From Anaeramoeba ignava BMAN (Eukaryota > Protista > Anaeramoebae): DNA of 64,000 bases. The translations under genes were made by a program, and so were the position numbers. Position 1 is the stretch's first letter; every line of letters begins with the position of its first letter. This document shows positions 12,501 to 24,399 of this stretch, one piece after another. The stretch spans positions 186,001 to 250,000 of the forward strand of contig JAPDFW010000075.1 in assembly GCA_028826165.1 (NCBI GenBank), written 5' to 3'. The notes below the pieces were generated by a model. It saw nothing but the letters and a program-made list of their open reading frames with translations, ran no database searches and was not told the origin of the DNA.

Positions 12501-13751
12501 ATCATCAGTTCATTCGAAAAACAGAAAACATTGACAAAAGAAGAGATGAATATTCTTAAAGAATCATATGAAGGAGATGTTGTTTGGGATTCTATCATTG
12601 AAATGAAGAGCATTGATTCACCCACAGAATATGTATATGATTTCGCCGTTCCCGAATTCGAGAACTTTATTACAGGAGAAGGAATCGTAACACACAACAC
12701 ACTGAAAACATTTCATTTTGCAGGAGTAGCAAGCATGAACATCACACAAGGAGTGCCTCGTATCAAAGAAATCATCAACGCAACAGCAAATATCAGCACA
12801 CCAATCATCACCGCAGAGCTCCTGAACAACACGAGTCTGACCTCTGCGAGACATGTTCGTGGATTGATTGAAAGTGTAACATTGGGCGAAATTTCCGAGA
12901 AAATTGAAGAAGTTCAAAATCCACGATCCACTTTTATTCGTATTGTGATCGATGAGAAATTGATCCAAGATTTATATCTGAATCTGGATATTGAATACAT
13001 CGCAGAAAAAATTCTTCGACATTCCAAATTAAAACTTTCCCCAAAAGCCGTTAGAGTTGAATCGGCAAATTCCTTAACAATCGAGCCTATTACAAGTTTG
13101 AAAACAACATCGCGCTCAAGCGAAGACATGTTTTTCTTCCTTCAACACATCAAGAACTCCATTGCTGACATTGTTGTTGCGGGAGTACCAAATATCACAC
13201 GAGCTATTGTTCAGGAGTATAAAGAGAAGGATCAAAAATTCAACCGAGTTGTTTGCGAAGGAACGAATCTTCTTGGTGTGATGGGTGTTCCTGGAATAGA
13301 CTTTAAGAAAACAACCTCAAATCACATCATTGAGATGTATAACACGCTTGGAATTGAAGCGGGAAGATCATCCATTTTCAACGAAATTATCACCACAATG
13401 GAGCATCATGGAATCAGTTTGGATTTGAGGCATGTCAAGCTTCTTGCCGACTTGATGACCCTAAAGGGTTCGATTTCTGGTATCACTCGTTTTGGTATTC
13501 GCAAGCTTAAGGATTCTGTTTTTATGCTTGCTTCTTTTGAAAATACTTCTGACCATCTTTTTGAGGCTGCTATTCGTGGTACAAAAGAAAAAATTGATGG
13601 TGTTAGTGAATCTATTATTTTGGGTATTCCTATTCCTCTTGGAACTGGTCTTTTTAAATTGATTCATCAAGTTGAAAGACCTAAATATAGTACCAAACCT
13701 GCAAATTTACTTCTTGGTCATAAGACATTTCATCATCAACTTTACATATAA
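6590..13751 (+). CDS. RPC1: RNA polymerase III largest subunit, intein-containing; join(6590..6799,7931..10727,10915..13751)
   Basis: Zn motif CETC..[94 protein letters not shown] (Pol III-type), no CTD. Introns 6800-7930 and 10728-10914 are GT-AG and restore the frame. Confidence 0.96.
6800..7930 (+). repeat. RPC1 intron 1 (1131 nt) filled with (AAAATT)n satellite
   Basis: GTAAAC donor at 6800, AAG acceptor ending at 7930, and a hexamer array in between. Confidence 0.88.
11349..12698 (+). mobile_element. Intein (450 aa) in RPC1 with degenerate LAGLIDADG-type homing endonuclease region
   Basis: In-frame insertion splitting the invariant SIGEPGTQM|TLKTFH. Starts SLPGNESV (block A), has TTFSHSF (block B TxxH) and YVYDFAVPEFENF (block F), ends VTHN followed by extein Thr. 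The central LLGCFLSIG, FLHFYIRYSQGY and LLSLLFLRLGI segments resemble decayed blocks C, E and H. Confidence 0.95.
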
Positions 13752-13809
13752 AGTTTTATTTTTCTTTTTTACAAATAAAGATTTATACACGATTTTCATT
13801 TCATTTTAT

Positions 13810-15480
13810 TTAATATTTTTAAGAGATTATTTAATTTAATAATTTATTTCACTTTTTGATTTGAATTTGATTTGAATTTAATTTAATATTTTATTTAATA
13901 TTTTAATTTAATTTTTATTTAATATTTTATTTAATAATTTATTTAATATTTTATTCAATATTTTATTCCACTTTCTGATTTGAATTTGATTTAAATTTGA
14001 TTTAAATTTGATTTGAATTTAATTTAATATTTAATTTAATATTTTATTTAATATTTTATTTAATTTTTAATATTTTATTTAATATTTAATTTGATTTGAT
14101 ATTTTATTTAATATTTTATTCCACTTTTTATTCCACTTTTTGATTTGAATTTGATTTAAATTTGATTTAATATTTTATTTAATATTTTATTTAATATTTT
14201 ATTTAATATTTTATTTAATATTTTATTTAATATTTTATTTAATATTTTATTTAATATTTTATTTAATATTTTATTTAATATTTTATTTAAATTTGATTTG
14301 AATTTGATTTGATATTTTATTTAATATTTTATTTAATATTTTATTTAATATTTAATTTAATATTTTATTCCACTTTTTATTCCACTTTCTGAATTGAATT
14401 GAATTTAATATTTTATTTAATATTTTATTTAATATTTTATTTAAAATTTTATTCCACTTTTTATTCCACTTTTTGATTTGAATTTTATTTAATATTTTAT
14501 TTCACTTTCTGATTTAAATTTGATTTGAATTTGATTTGAATTTGATTTAATATTTTATTTAATATTTTATTTAATATTTTATTCCACTTTTTATTCCACT
14601 TTTTGATTTGAATTTTATTTAATATTTTATTCCACTTTTTGATTTAATATTTTTTTTAATATTTAATATTTTATTTAATATTTTATTTAATATTTTATTT
14701 AATATTTTTATTCCAATTTTTGATTTAATATTTTATTTAATATTTTATTTAATATTTTATTTAATATTTTATTTAATATTTTATTTAATATTTTATTTAA
14801 TATTTTATTTGAATTTGATTTGATATTTTATTTAATATTTTATTTAATATTTTATTTAATAATATTTTATTTAATATTTTATTTGAATTTGATTTGATAT
14901 TTTATTTAATATTTTATTTAATATTTTATTTAATAATATTTTATTTAATATTTTATTTAATATTTTATTTAATATTTTTATTTAATATTTTATTTAATAT
15001 TTTATTTAATATTTTATTTAATATTTTATTTAATATTTTATTCCACTTTTTATTCCACTTTTTGATTTGAATTTTATTTAATATTTTATTTCACTTTCTG
15101 ATTTAAATTTGATTTGAATTTGATTTGAATTTGATTTAATATTTTATTTAATAATTTATTCCACTTTTTATTTAATATTTTATTTAATATTTTATTTAAT
15201 ATTTTATTTAATATTTTATTTAATATTTTATTTAATATTTTATTCAATATTTTATTTAATAATTTATTTAATATTTTATTCAATATTTTATTTAATATTT
15301 TATTTAATATTTTATTTGAATTTGATTTGATATTTTATTTAATATTTTATTCCACTTTTTATTCCACTTTTTGATTTGAATTTGATTTAATATTTTATTT
15401 AATATTTTATTTAATATTTTATTTAATATTTTATTTAATATTTTATTCCACTTTTTATTCCAGTTTCTGAATTAAATTGA
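13810..15480. repeat. (AATATTTTATTT)n 12-mer satellite with interspersed TTCCACTTTT motifs
   Basis: Directly visible tandem 12-mers. Confidence 0.9.
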
Positions 15481-15799
15481 ATTTGTTAAAGATATTTTAT
15501 TTTATTTAAATTTTTATTTTTATTTTTTTTATTTAATTTAATGTTTTCATTTGAACCCAATTATCCTAGCGAGTCGCAGACGAGTGGATAATTGAGTTAA
15601 ATTATAAGCAAAAGAAATTTTATTTTCAAAACAAAATAAAAATATCTGTTTTATCGATAAAAATAAAAGCTTTTTTTTTTCAACCATTTTAAGATCTATT
15701 TTTGAGGAAATGAGAATTTTTGAAATTTGATATTTTAAAAATTGATTTGAGGGAAAAATTGAATGGAGAATTTAACAATTTAACAATTTTTATAACAAT

Positions 15800-15819
15800 A
15801 TTTTATTTAATTATTTTTA

Positions 15820-15850
<31 letters not shown>

Positions 15851-15901
15851 TTTTATTATTATTTTTATTATTATTATTTTATTATTATTATTTTATTATT
15901 A

Positions 15902-15959
<58 letters not shown>

Positions 15960-15984
15960 TTATTATTTATTATTATTATTATTA

Positions 15985-16038
<54 letters not shown>

Positions 16039-16416
16039 TTATTATTATTATTATTTTAATATTTTATTATTATTATTTTTTATTATTATTATTTTATTTT
16101 ATTATTTTATTATTATTATTATTTTATTTATTATTTTATTATTATTATTATTTATTATTATTATTATTTTATTTATTATTTATTATTTTATTTATTATTA
16201 TTTTTATTTTATTATTATTTTATTATTATTATTATTATTTTATTATTATTATTATTATTATTATTTTATTTTATTATTTTATTTTATTATTTTATTTTAT
16301 TATTTTTATTTTATTATTATTTTATTATTTTAATTATTTTATTTTATTATTATTATTATTTTATTATTATTTTATTTTATTATTATTATTATTATTATTA
16401 TTTTATTTTATTATTT
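15800..16416. repeat. Degenerate (TAT)n microsatellite
   Basis: About 600 bp of TTA/TAT triplets with T insertions. Confidence 0.92.
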
Positions 16417-16530
16417 TGGAATTTAATATATGAAACACAGAATTTATTCAATTTATTTTCAAAATTTAAAAAGATCATTGTTTTGAAAACAAGTGAGTAT
16501 AAAAGAATTTCGAAAAATTTTTCATTTTCA

Positions 16531-17240
16531 ATGTCAAAAAGAAAAGAAGAGAAAACTTACGAAGAATTTATTAAAAGAAACCAGAAACACAGAGAAAGCA
16601 ATAGGAGTTATTGGTAGAAATGGGAAAACTCACAGAAGAGAACCATCAGAAGAAAATTTTATTATTCAGGAAAAACTTTTAAAACCTATTCCTCAAATCT
16701 AATGTATTCAAAGAAAAAGTAGATTTAGGTTTTCAGATATCTCCAAAGGCTTTGAAGATCCTTCAAAAGAGTGGAATCAACAATTCCTTTAAGTGTAGAC
16801 GAACAAAAACTATTAGTCAATAAGTTGTCAATTGATATTCCTAAACATTTTACCGTTTTGGTTTTATTTCTCTTGGGAAACATATGCCTAAGGTCAGAAG
16901 AATTAACAATGATTAGATTAGAACAACTCAAGTTTTTGAGTCAAAAACAATCACGTGATTTATGGAAACCCAAATTGGAATTTAAGTTATTTTTGAACTT
17001 CCGAATCAAGGTTCCTTACAATGAAGATTCTCGTTTTTTAGAATTAAACATCGAAATTTTTGCCAATTTCCAAAAATATTTTTATTTTGCCAAGTTTTAG
17101 GAATTTAATGTAATTTTATTTCAAGCAAGTTCATGTAGCCAAATGCATCGAGCAGGAGTTAGTACAAATGCTATCAAAAACCAAAAGTTTAGATTGATAA
17201 AGGTCTTGATTTTCAGAGCCTATCTCAAGAAAAGAAATTG
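16531..17240 (+). pseudogene. Tyrosine recombinase pseudogene (Crypton/DUF3504-like)
   Basis: KALKILQKSGI, then a frameshift to TIPLSVDEQKLL..IPKHFTVLVLFLLGNICLRSEELTMIRLEQLKF (box I R at 16891). After in-frame TAG 17098: FQASSCSQMHRAGVSTNAIK..FRAYLK (box II-like, Tyr at 17221). Stops and frameshifts are present. Confidence 0.6.
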
Positions 17241-17844
17241 ATTCCACATTACATTTAAATCCAATCAAACAAAGTACCAATTTCAACTTCAATTCTGATA
17301 ATATTTCTTCTTTACTATCCAATTCTTCAAATCAAGAGAATCCAAAACCAATTTTTCTATTGTCCAATAACCAGAATTGCATCATTAATTTCCATTATAA
17401 CTCTCCAAAACAAGAATATTCTCTCGAAAAACAGATCACTTTAATGAATCATTTGAAGGATCAAAATGAAAAAGAAACCAACAACAACTGAAATTCATTT
17501 TGATTCTTGATTTCGGAATATCTTTTCCGATTTCTTTCCAATTTCCTTTTTTTTTCAAATTCCATTTTAAGATTTTACTTTTTTTCAATCATTTTTTTTT
17601 GATTTTTTCCACACAAATCCATTCATTAAAACCAAATTCATCAATTTTTTTTTCATTTCATTAAAAAAAAAGATAAGATTGTTATAAATTATTAATTTAA
17701 AGTCAGAGAAAATGATAAAATGGATATTTTACAAAAATTGTCAAATAAATTTTGGAATTCCCCTTTTTCAATTTAAATTTTCATTTTAAGGGGAAAAATT
17801 TATTTTACTTTTTTTTTTTATTTTTCATTTTTTCTTCGATAAAA

Positions 17845-18940
17845 TAATTTATTTAATATTTTATTTAATATTTGATTTAATATTTTATTTAATATTTTAT
17901 TCAATATTTTATTTAATATTTTATTCCACTTTTTATTTAATATTTTATTTAATATTTTATTTAATATTTTATTTAATATTTTATTTAATATTTTATTTAA
18001 TATTTTATTTAATATTTTATTTAATATTTTATTCAATATTTTATTTAATATTTTATTTAATTTTTTATTTAATTTTTTATTTAATAATTTATTTAATATT
18101 TTTATTTAATATTTTATTCAATATTTTTATTTAATAATTTATTTAATATTTTATTTAATATTTTATTTAATATTTTATTTAATATTTTATTTAATATTTT
18201 TATTTAATATTTTATTTAATATTTTATTTAATATTTTTATTTAATTTTATTTAATATTTTATTTAATATTTTATTTAATATTTTATTTAATATTTTTATT
18301 TAATATTTTATTTAATATTTTTATTTAATATTTTATTTAATATTTAATTTGATTTTATTTAATATTTTATTTAATTTTATTTAATATTTAATTTAATATT
18401 TTATTTAATATTTTATTTAATATTTTATTTAATATTTTATTTAATATTTTATTCCACTTTTTATTCCACTTTCTGAATTGAATTGAATTTAAATTTAATA
18501 TTTAATTTAATATTTTATTTAATATTTTATTTAATATTTTATTTAATATTTTATTTAATATTTTATTTAATATTTTATTTAATATTTTATTTTATTTAAT
18601 TTATTTTATTTAATATTTTATTTAATATTTTATTCCACTTTTTATTCCATATTTTTTGAATTTTTATTTAATATTTTATTTCACTTTCTGATTTGAATTT
18701 GATTTAAATTTAATTTAATATTTTATTTAATATTTTATTTAATATTTTATTTAATATTTTATTTAATATTTTATTTAATATTTTATTTAATATTTTATTT
18801 AATATTTTATTTAATATTTTATTTAATATTTTATTCCACTTTTTATTCCACTTTTTGATTTGAATTTTATTTAATATTTTATTTCACTTTCTGATTTAAA
18901 TTTGATTTGAATTTGATTTAAATTTGATTTAATATTTTAA
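17845..18940. repeat. (AATATTTTATTT)n 12-mer satellite, same family as 13810-15480
   Basis: Same unit, and same TTCCACTTTT and TTGATTTGAA variants. Confidence 0.9.
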
Positions 18941-19086
18941 AAAATAAAAAATTATTCTCCTTTTTAATTTATTTTTTTTTTCTCCTTTTTTTATTTATTT
19001 TTTTTTTTAAATAAAAAAAATTTTTTTCATTTTTTCCTTTTATCATTTTTTCTTTTTCCTTTTTTTTTTTAATTTTTCGATTCTAA

Positions 19087-19842
19087 ATGTGCTTTAATCA
19101 ACCAATTTCATTTTTATTTACTATTGGAAGTTTTATCAACGCACAATACTTACGACGCGCAAAATTTCTGAAAAACGACAAAAGAATCTGGAGAATGGCA
19201 GCAGGAGTCGATTATTTTGCAGCAATGGAATTAATACAATTTTTACAATATTTTTGGATCGATCAATGCGATTCCGTAATCAACAAAATTCTAACGATTT
19301 TAGGGATAATTCACATAGCATTTCAGCCTTTTATAGCGAATTTAATGACAAGTTATGACATTCCAAAACGAATGGAAAAATCATTCGATCGATTAGTTAT
19401 GCCGTTGTCAATTTTGACAGGCATTTTTTCAACGTCTCGACTCATTGGATACGAATATTTCCCATGTAGCGATCTTTACGATCCCTTGTGCTCAAAGGTA
19501 ACATGCACAACAACAGGCAGAGTGCATTTGAGATGGGGATGTCGGTTGCGAACTGGAAATTACTTCACCCCAAGTGCGTTCCCTAATTTCTTCTTCATGT
19601 TCGTTCCAACTATACTTGCGGGTAAATTGAGAGCTTCTTTGCTCCTCTTTTTTTCTGGCCCTGTCATCGGTTATGCTCTCGCAAGAAATAAGGACGAATG
19701 GGCTTCCATTTGGTGTTATTATACTTTTGTTCAATGTTTAGTTGGAAGTTGGATTTCTTTGAATCATTATGACCAGAAACAAGCTCGTAAACAAAAAGAT
19801 GCAGAAGAATATCTTAAAGAACAAGCTCTCGAATCAAATTAA
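19087..19842 (+). CDS. Multi-pass membrane protein, DUF5765-like
   Basis: Intronless. N-terminal MCF, then YFAAMELIQFLQY, C...NKILTILGIIHIAFQPF and EWASIWC motifs, with several hydrophobic helices. Confidence 0.7.
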   Translation: MCFNQPISFLFTIGSFINAQYLRRAKFLKNDKRIWRMAAGVDYFAAMELIQFLQYFWIDQCDSVINKILTILGIIHIAFQPFIANLMTSYDIPKRMEKSFDRLVMPLSILTGIFSTSRLIGYEYFPCSDLYDPLCSKVTCTTTGRVHLRWGCRLRTGNYFTPSAFPNFFFMFVPTILAGKLRASLLLFFSGPVIGYALARNKDEWASIWCYYTFVQCLVGSWISLNHYDQKQARKQKDAEEYLKEQALESN

Positions 19843-20089
19843 TTTTAATTTTAATTTTTTTTTAACTTCCTTTTTTCTTTTTGAAGAAACAATTTCTTTT
19901 TTCTTTTTCTTTTAAACCTTTTATTTTTCTTTTTCTTTTTCCAAATAAGGAAATTCGACTTATAAATGCCATTCAAAATTTAATTCAAAATTTAATTCAA
20001 AATTTAATTATTTTTATTATTTTTTTTTTTTGATTAAAATAAGATTTGTTCCAAAAAAAAAGGTTTCATTTTGTTTTTTCTTTTTAAAT

Positions 20090-22291
20090 TTAAATGAAAT
20101 ATTGTTGAAATCTTTTTTCCATTCCTTTAATACTTTGTTCAAAATCATGAAAAATATTTGGTTCAAGTTTTTCAGCTGCAGCAAGAAGAGTATAAAATTC
20201 TGCATCAGATTCAAGATCTAAAATTTCCTTAATTTCCTTTTTATCAATAAGTAAGGAACTTTGATCTTGAGTTTTTTTTTCGAGTCTAAAATTTTAATTT
20301 GAATTTTAATTTTAATTTTAATTTAAATTTAAATTTATAAATGAATTTTTAAATTTATAAATGAATTTTAATTTTAATTTTAATTTAAATTTATAAATGA
20401 ATTTAAATTTATAAATGAATTTTAATTTAATTTTAATAAACCTTTTAGAATCTCGATATTTAATTAAAACAATTGCCTTTCTATAAAGAAGATTAACCCA
20501 AAGTTGAATATAACTTCTTCTCAAAGAAAGAGGAAGTTTATAAACAAGTTCCAAAAGTTTTTCAACAAAAGGAGCAGCAGTTCTAACAGTAGTAAATTTT
20601 GAACCTCTTTTTTTAGCCATTTCAATTTCTGTATTTTCTTTACCAATCGGTTGAAAATATTCACTTCTAAAATAATGATGTTTATTATATAACGGACTTT
20701 GTTTAACAACTTTATTTGTCAAATCAATCCAAGTTGTCGGATAAAAAGATTCCACAACACAACCAGGAATAGTATTCGCATCTTCTTTGCTTTTCCTGAC
20801 AATCCCTTGAAGAAACAAATCAGGAATATAAGTATTTTCTTTGGTGACATGAGAAGAAAGTCGATGTTCTTTTAATCGGAAAAAAAAACTTAATGAATCA
20901 ATAAAATAATTGATTTCTTCTTCATTTGTTCCTGTCACAACAGAACAGCAAAATGTTTGTAAATGTGAAGTTATTGCTTTTGCAAGGAAATCTGGTTTGT
21001 AAGCTTTGGATGAGGAAAAAAATGTTAACGGAATTTTAACAGGTTCTAATTTGCATTCTAAATGAACTCGAATATATTCTTGAAATTTTAATGCATATTG
21101 TGTTAATTTATCAACTGCTTGTTGTCGTGTTGTGTTTTCTTGTGATAATAATGTCTTTAGATTCACTGCTAATGATTTTAATCTTTCTTCTGATAATCGA
21201 TATATTGGGAGATATGTTTCTAGAAGGTTTCTGTGTAATAAAAGTGATAAGGACATGCTTGTAGATGATGTTGGTGATTGTTGTTGACGGAAAGATACAG
21301 AAGAAACAATATAATCTTGATTAAATTTATTTATTAATTTATTATTAAATTTATTATTAAAATTATTTATAAATTATTATTAAAATTATTATAAAATTAT
21401 TTATAAAATTATTTATAAAATTATTTATTAAAATTATTTATAAAATTAATTATAAAATTAATTATAAAATTATTTATAAAATTATTTATAAAATTAATTA
21501 TAAAATTATTTTTATTTAAAATTTAAAATTTTAATAAAAATTTATTATTAAAATTATTTATTTATAAAAATTATTTATAAAATTATTTATAAAATATTTA
21601 TAAAATTATTTATAAATTATTTATAAAAATATTTATAAAATTATTATAAAATTATTATTAAAATTATTTATTAAAATTATTTATAAATTTATTTTATAAA
21701 TTTATTTATAAAATTATTTATAAAAAAATTTATTTATAAAATTATTTATAAAAATTAATTATAAAATTATTTAAAAAAAAAATTATTTATAAAATTATTT
21801 ATAAAATTATTATTAAAATTATTATTAAATTATTTATAAAATTTTTTAAAATTATTTATAAAATTTTTATAAAATTATTATTAAATTTATTTATAAAATT
21901 ATTTATAAAATTATTTATAAAATTATTATTAAAATTATTATTAAAATTATTATTAAATTTATTAAAATTATTTTCATTTACTGAAATCAGGAATAATATG
22001 AAAATTGGAATCAATTGTTTCTGTATCTTCTCGACTAATATCACTTGATAATGTATGCCTTGCTAAATAAGTTTGTGCTTCATGTGAAATTATTGGATTA
22101 CTTTCTTCTTGCCAAACTTTTTCTGCTCTTGGCCCAAGTACATCATCCCAAAGAGATAATTGAATAGCTGATGAAATTTTTGGTTTTATTTCTGAATTTT
22201 GTCTTGATTGTTGTTCTTTTATTTTTATTGATTTTAAAATTATTTATTATTGATAAATTTAAAAAAAAAAAATACCATTTGTTTCTTCCAT
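20090..22291 (-). CDS. C9orf72: C9orf72 homolog (longin/DENN-like); complement(join(20090..20285,20442..21315,21982..22215,22276..22291))
   Basis: WDDVLGPRAEKVW, AITSHLQTFCCSVVTG, DLFLQGI, YPTTWID...VKQ and LLAAAEKLEP match recalled C9orf72 motifs. Three GT-AG introns keep the frame. Confidence 0.85.
21330..21970. repeat. (AAAATTATTTAT)n satellite in C9orf72 intron 2
   Basis: Tandem degenerate 12-mers between the donor at 21981 and the acceptor at 21316. Confidence 0.85.
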
Positions 22292-22384
22292 TTTTAAATA
22301 AAGAAAAAAGATAAAATGAAAAAATGAAAAAATGAAAAATAAATTTTTTTTTCATTTTTTTCTTTTCAAAATTAAAATTTTTTT

Positions 22385-24398
22385 ATGTCTTTTCTTTCTC
22401 TCATTTCAAAACAAACTTCAACTAGTTTCCCAAAAAATTTAATCACAAATATAGTTGCAAATAATTTAAAACAAAAAACAATTTCTAATTTTCCAAAACA
22501 TATTTTACCAAAAATCACAATTCAAAACAAATTCCAAATCAGATTATTTTCGAATGAGAATAAAATAACAACAAAAGAAAACAAAAACTTTACTTTTGAA
22601 GATAAAATAAAAGAAGGAGAAAATTATTTGAAAAAATCAAAATCTTTCTGAAGCAAAAATTGAGTTTGATAAAGCACTGATTATTGCAAAAGAGAATAAT
22701 AACGAAAATCAAATATGTCAAGCATTAGGAAAACTGACCAATTTCTTTTACTCATCAATGCAAAATATTAATCAAGCGTTGAAGTATTCACAAATGTGGG
22801 CTGAATCATCACAAAAATGTCAAGATCTGGATATGCTCAGAGATTCGCTTTCAACCTTATGTTGCACATATTTTTCAGTCAACCAAAAAGAGAACGCAGA
22901 AGATATATGCGCGCAATTTAAGGAATTATTGATTGACAAGTTAGAATTGGACAAATCAAGCAAATCAATCAAAACTTTGATTTCAAATCATGGAACATTA
23001 GGATTATTGTATCAAACAATCAAAGAGCAAGGCAAAGCTTTGGAGATATTCCAGAAAGGATATCAATTAGCAAAGCAGAATCCAGAAATTATGCAAGATT
23101 CCGTTTTGAGTAAATTTATGGATGAGATTTATAAAAATGCTTTATTATTGGGGAAATTTTCAGATGCTTTTTCAATTGTCAAAGAAAAAATATCACTTCT
23201 TGAAAAGCAAAATCAAAAGGCTAAACTGCTTGATCTTCTTGAAGAGATTGCTTCGCTAAACTCGTTGATTGGATGGCCACACGAGTCAGCAAGAATGCTT
23301 GAAAATGCGCTTGAAGTTGCGCAAAAAATCTCAGAAGAAAATCCAAAAAAAGAAAATATTGAGAAGGAATTTTCAATTAGTATTAAATTGGGAGAAACAA
23401 TGGGGATCATTGATCATTTTCCGAAAGCAATAAAATATTTAAATGAAGCACTTTCAAAAGCTCAAGCAATCAAAGATCAAGTGAATGAATGCAAGATAAT
23501 TGACGAAATTGCGAAATTATATGCAAGTTACAATCAATATTCAGAAACACTAATTAAACTGAATGAATTGATGTCCAAAATGGAAGAATATAAAATCGAC
23601 AATGATCGAGTATCAATTATTTATCGAATTGCGGAAGCAAATTACAAGATTGGGAACTATAAAAAGGCGCAAGAATTTGTTTCAAAATGTTTGAGTAATT
23701 TCCAAGAAACCAATTTCTTCCAAATAAAATCGCATCCAAAATTGGATTACAAAAAAAGAGGCACAATAATTGAATACGATGCGTATTTATTGTCTTTCCA
23801 AATTGAAAGTGCGTTGAATAATTATAAATCAGCACTTCAAGCTGGATTAAAAGCGATTGATTTGGTAAATGACGGTGTTTTGGATAGGAAATATTCGTGG
23901 AATCAAACAAAAGAGTATATTGAGCAAGAAAGAAAAGCAAGTAAACTGAAAATACTTGAGTATTTGAATCCTATTGCTATCAAAGCGGGAGAATTTGAAA
24001 AAGCAGAACAAATGATCCAAGAAACAATCAATTTGGGTCATCAAGTGAAACCAGAACATTCCATTTTATTTCAATCTGCATATAGTCTTCTTGCAGAATT
24101 GCACATGAAAAATTCAAAGCCTGAACTTGCTGTTTCAGCTTTAGAAAAGGCGCTTGAATATGATGAGAGATTGTTAGATTTTGATAAATGTTTTAAAGTT
24201 ATTCATTCAATTCAAATTGCCAAAATGTTAGAAATGATTTCAACTAAAAAAAATTTTGAATCAATAAAAGAATATTATAATCAAGCGTTTGATATTATGA
24301 AACGAATGGAACCTGAAGAATTAAAAATTGTTCAAGAGCAAACTTTTGAAAATAAATCGACGATCAAAGTGAAATTAGAAACACAATTCAAATCTTAA
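22385..24398 (+). CDS. TPR-repeat protein with putative mitochondrial/hydrogenosomal presequence; 1-nt frameshift in the A-run near 22631-22636
   Basis: Acid-free S/K-rich N-terminus ending IRLFS. Removing one A joins 22385 to the 22758 ORF (LKNQNLSEAKIEFDKAL...). Repeated TPR-like helices (G.Y.KA.EF..K.L, A...LEKALE). Confidence 0.75.
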
Positions 24399-24399
24399 T

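Larger units (their letters stand above)
15540..17820 (+). mobile_element. Putative decayed Crypton-like (tyrosine recombinase) DNA transposon inserted in satellite; boundaries approximate
   Basis: Non-satellite block flanked on both sides by the same 12-mer satellite. Inverted repeats near both ends (15554-15598 and 17758-17795). Contains recombinase-like pseudogene fragments. Confidence 0.5.

Noticed and set aside
15720-16433. 237-aa I/L/Y/F-rich ORF that looks like a membrane protein
   Set aside because: It is simply the translation of a (TAT)n microsatellite.
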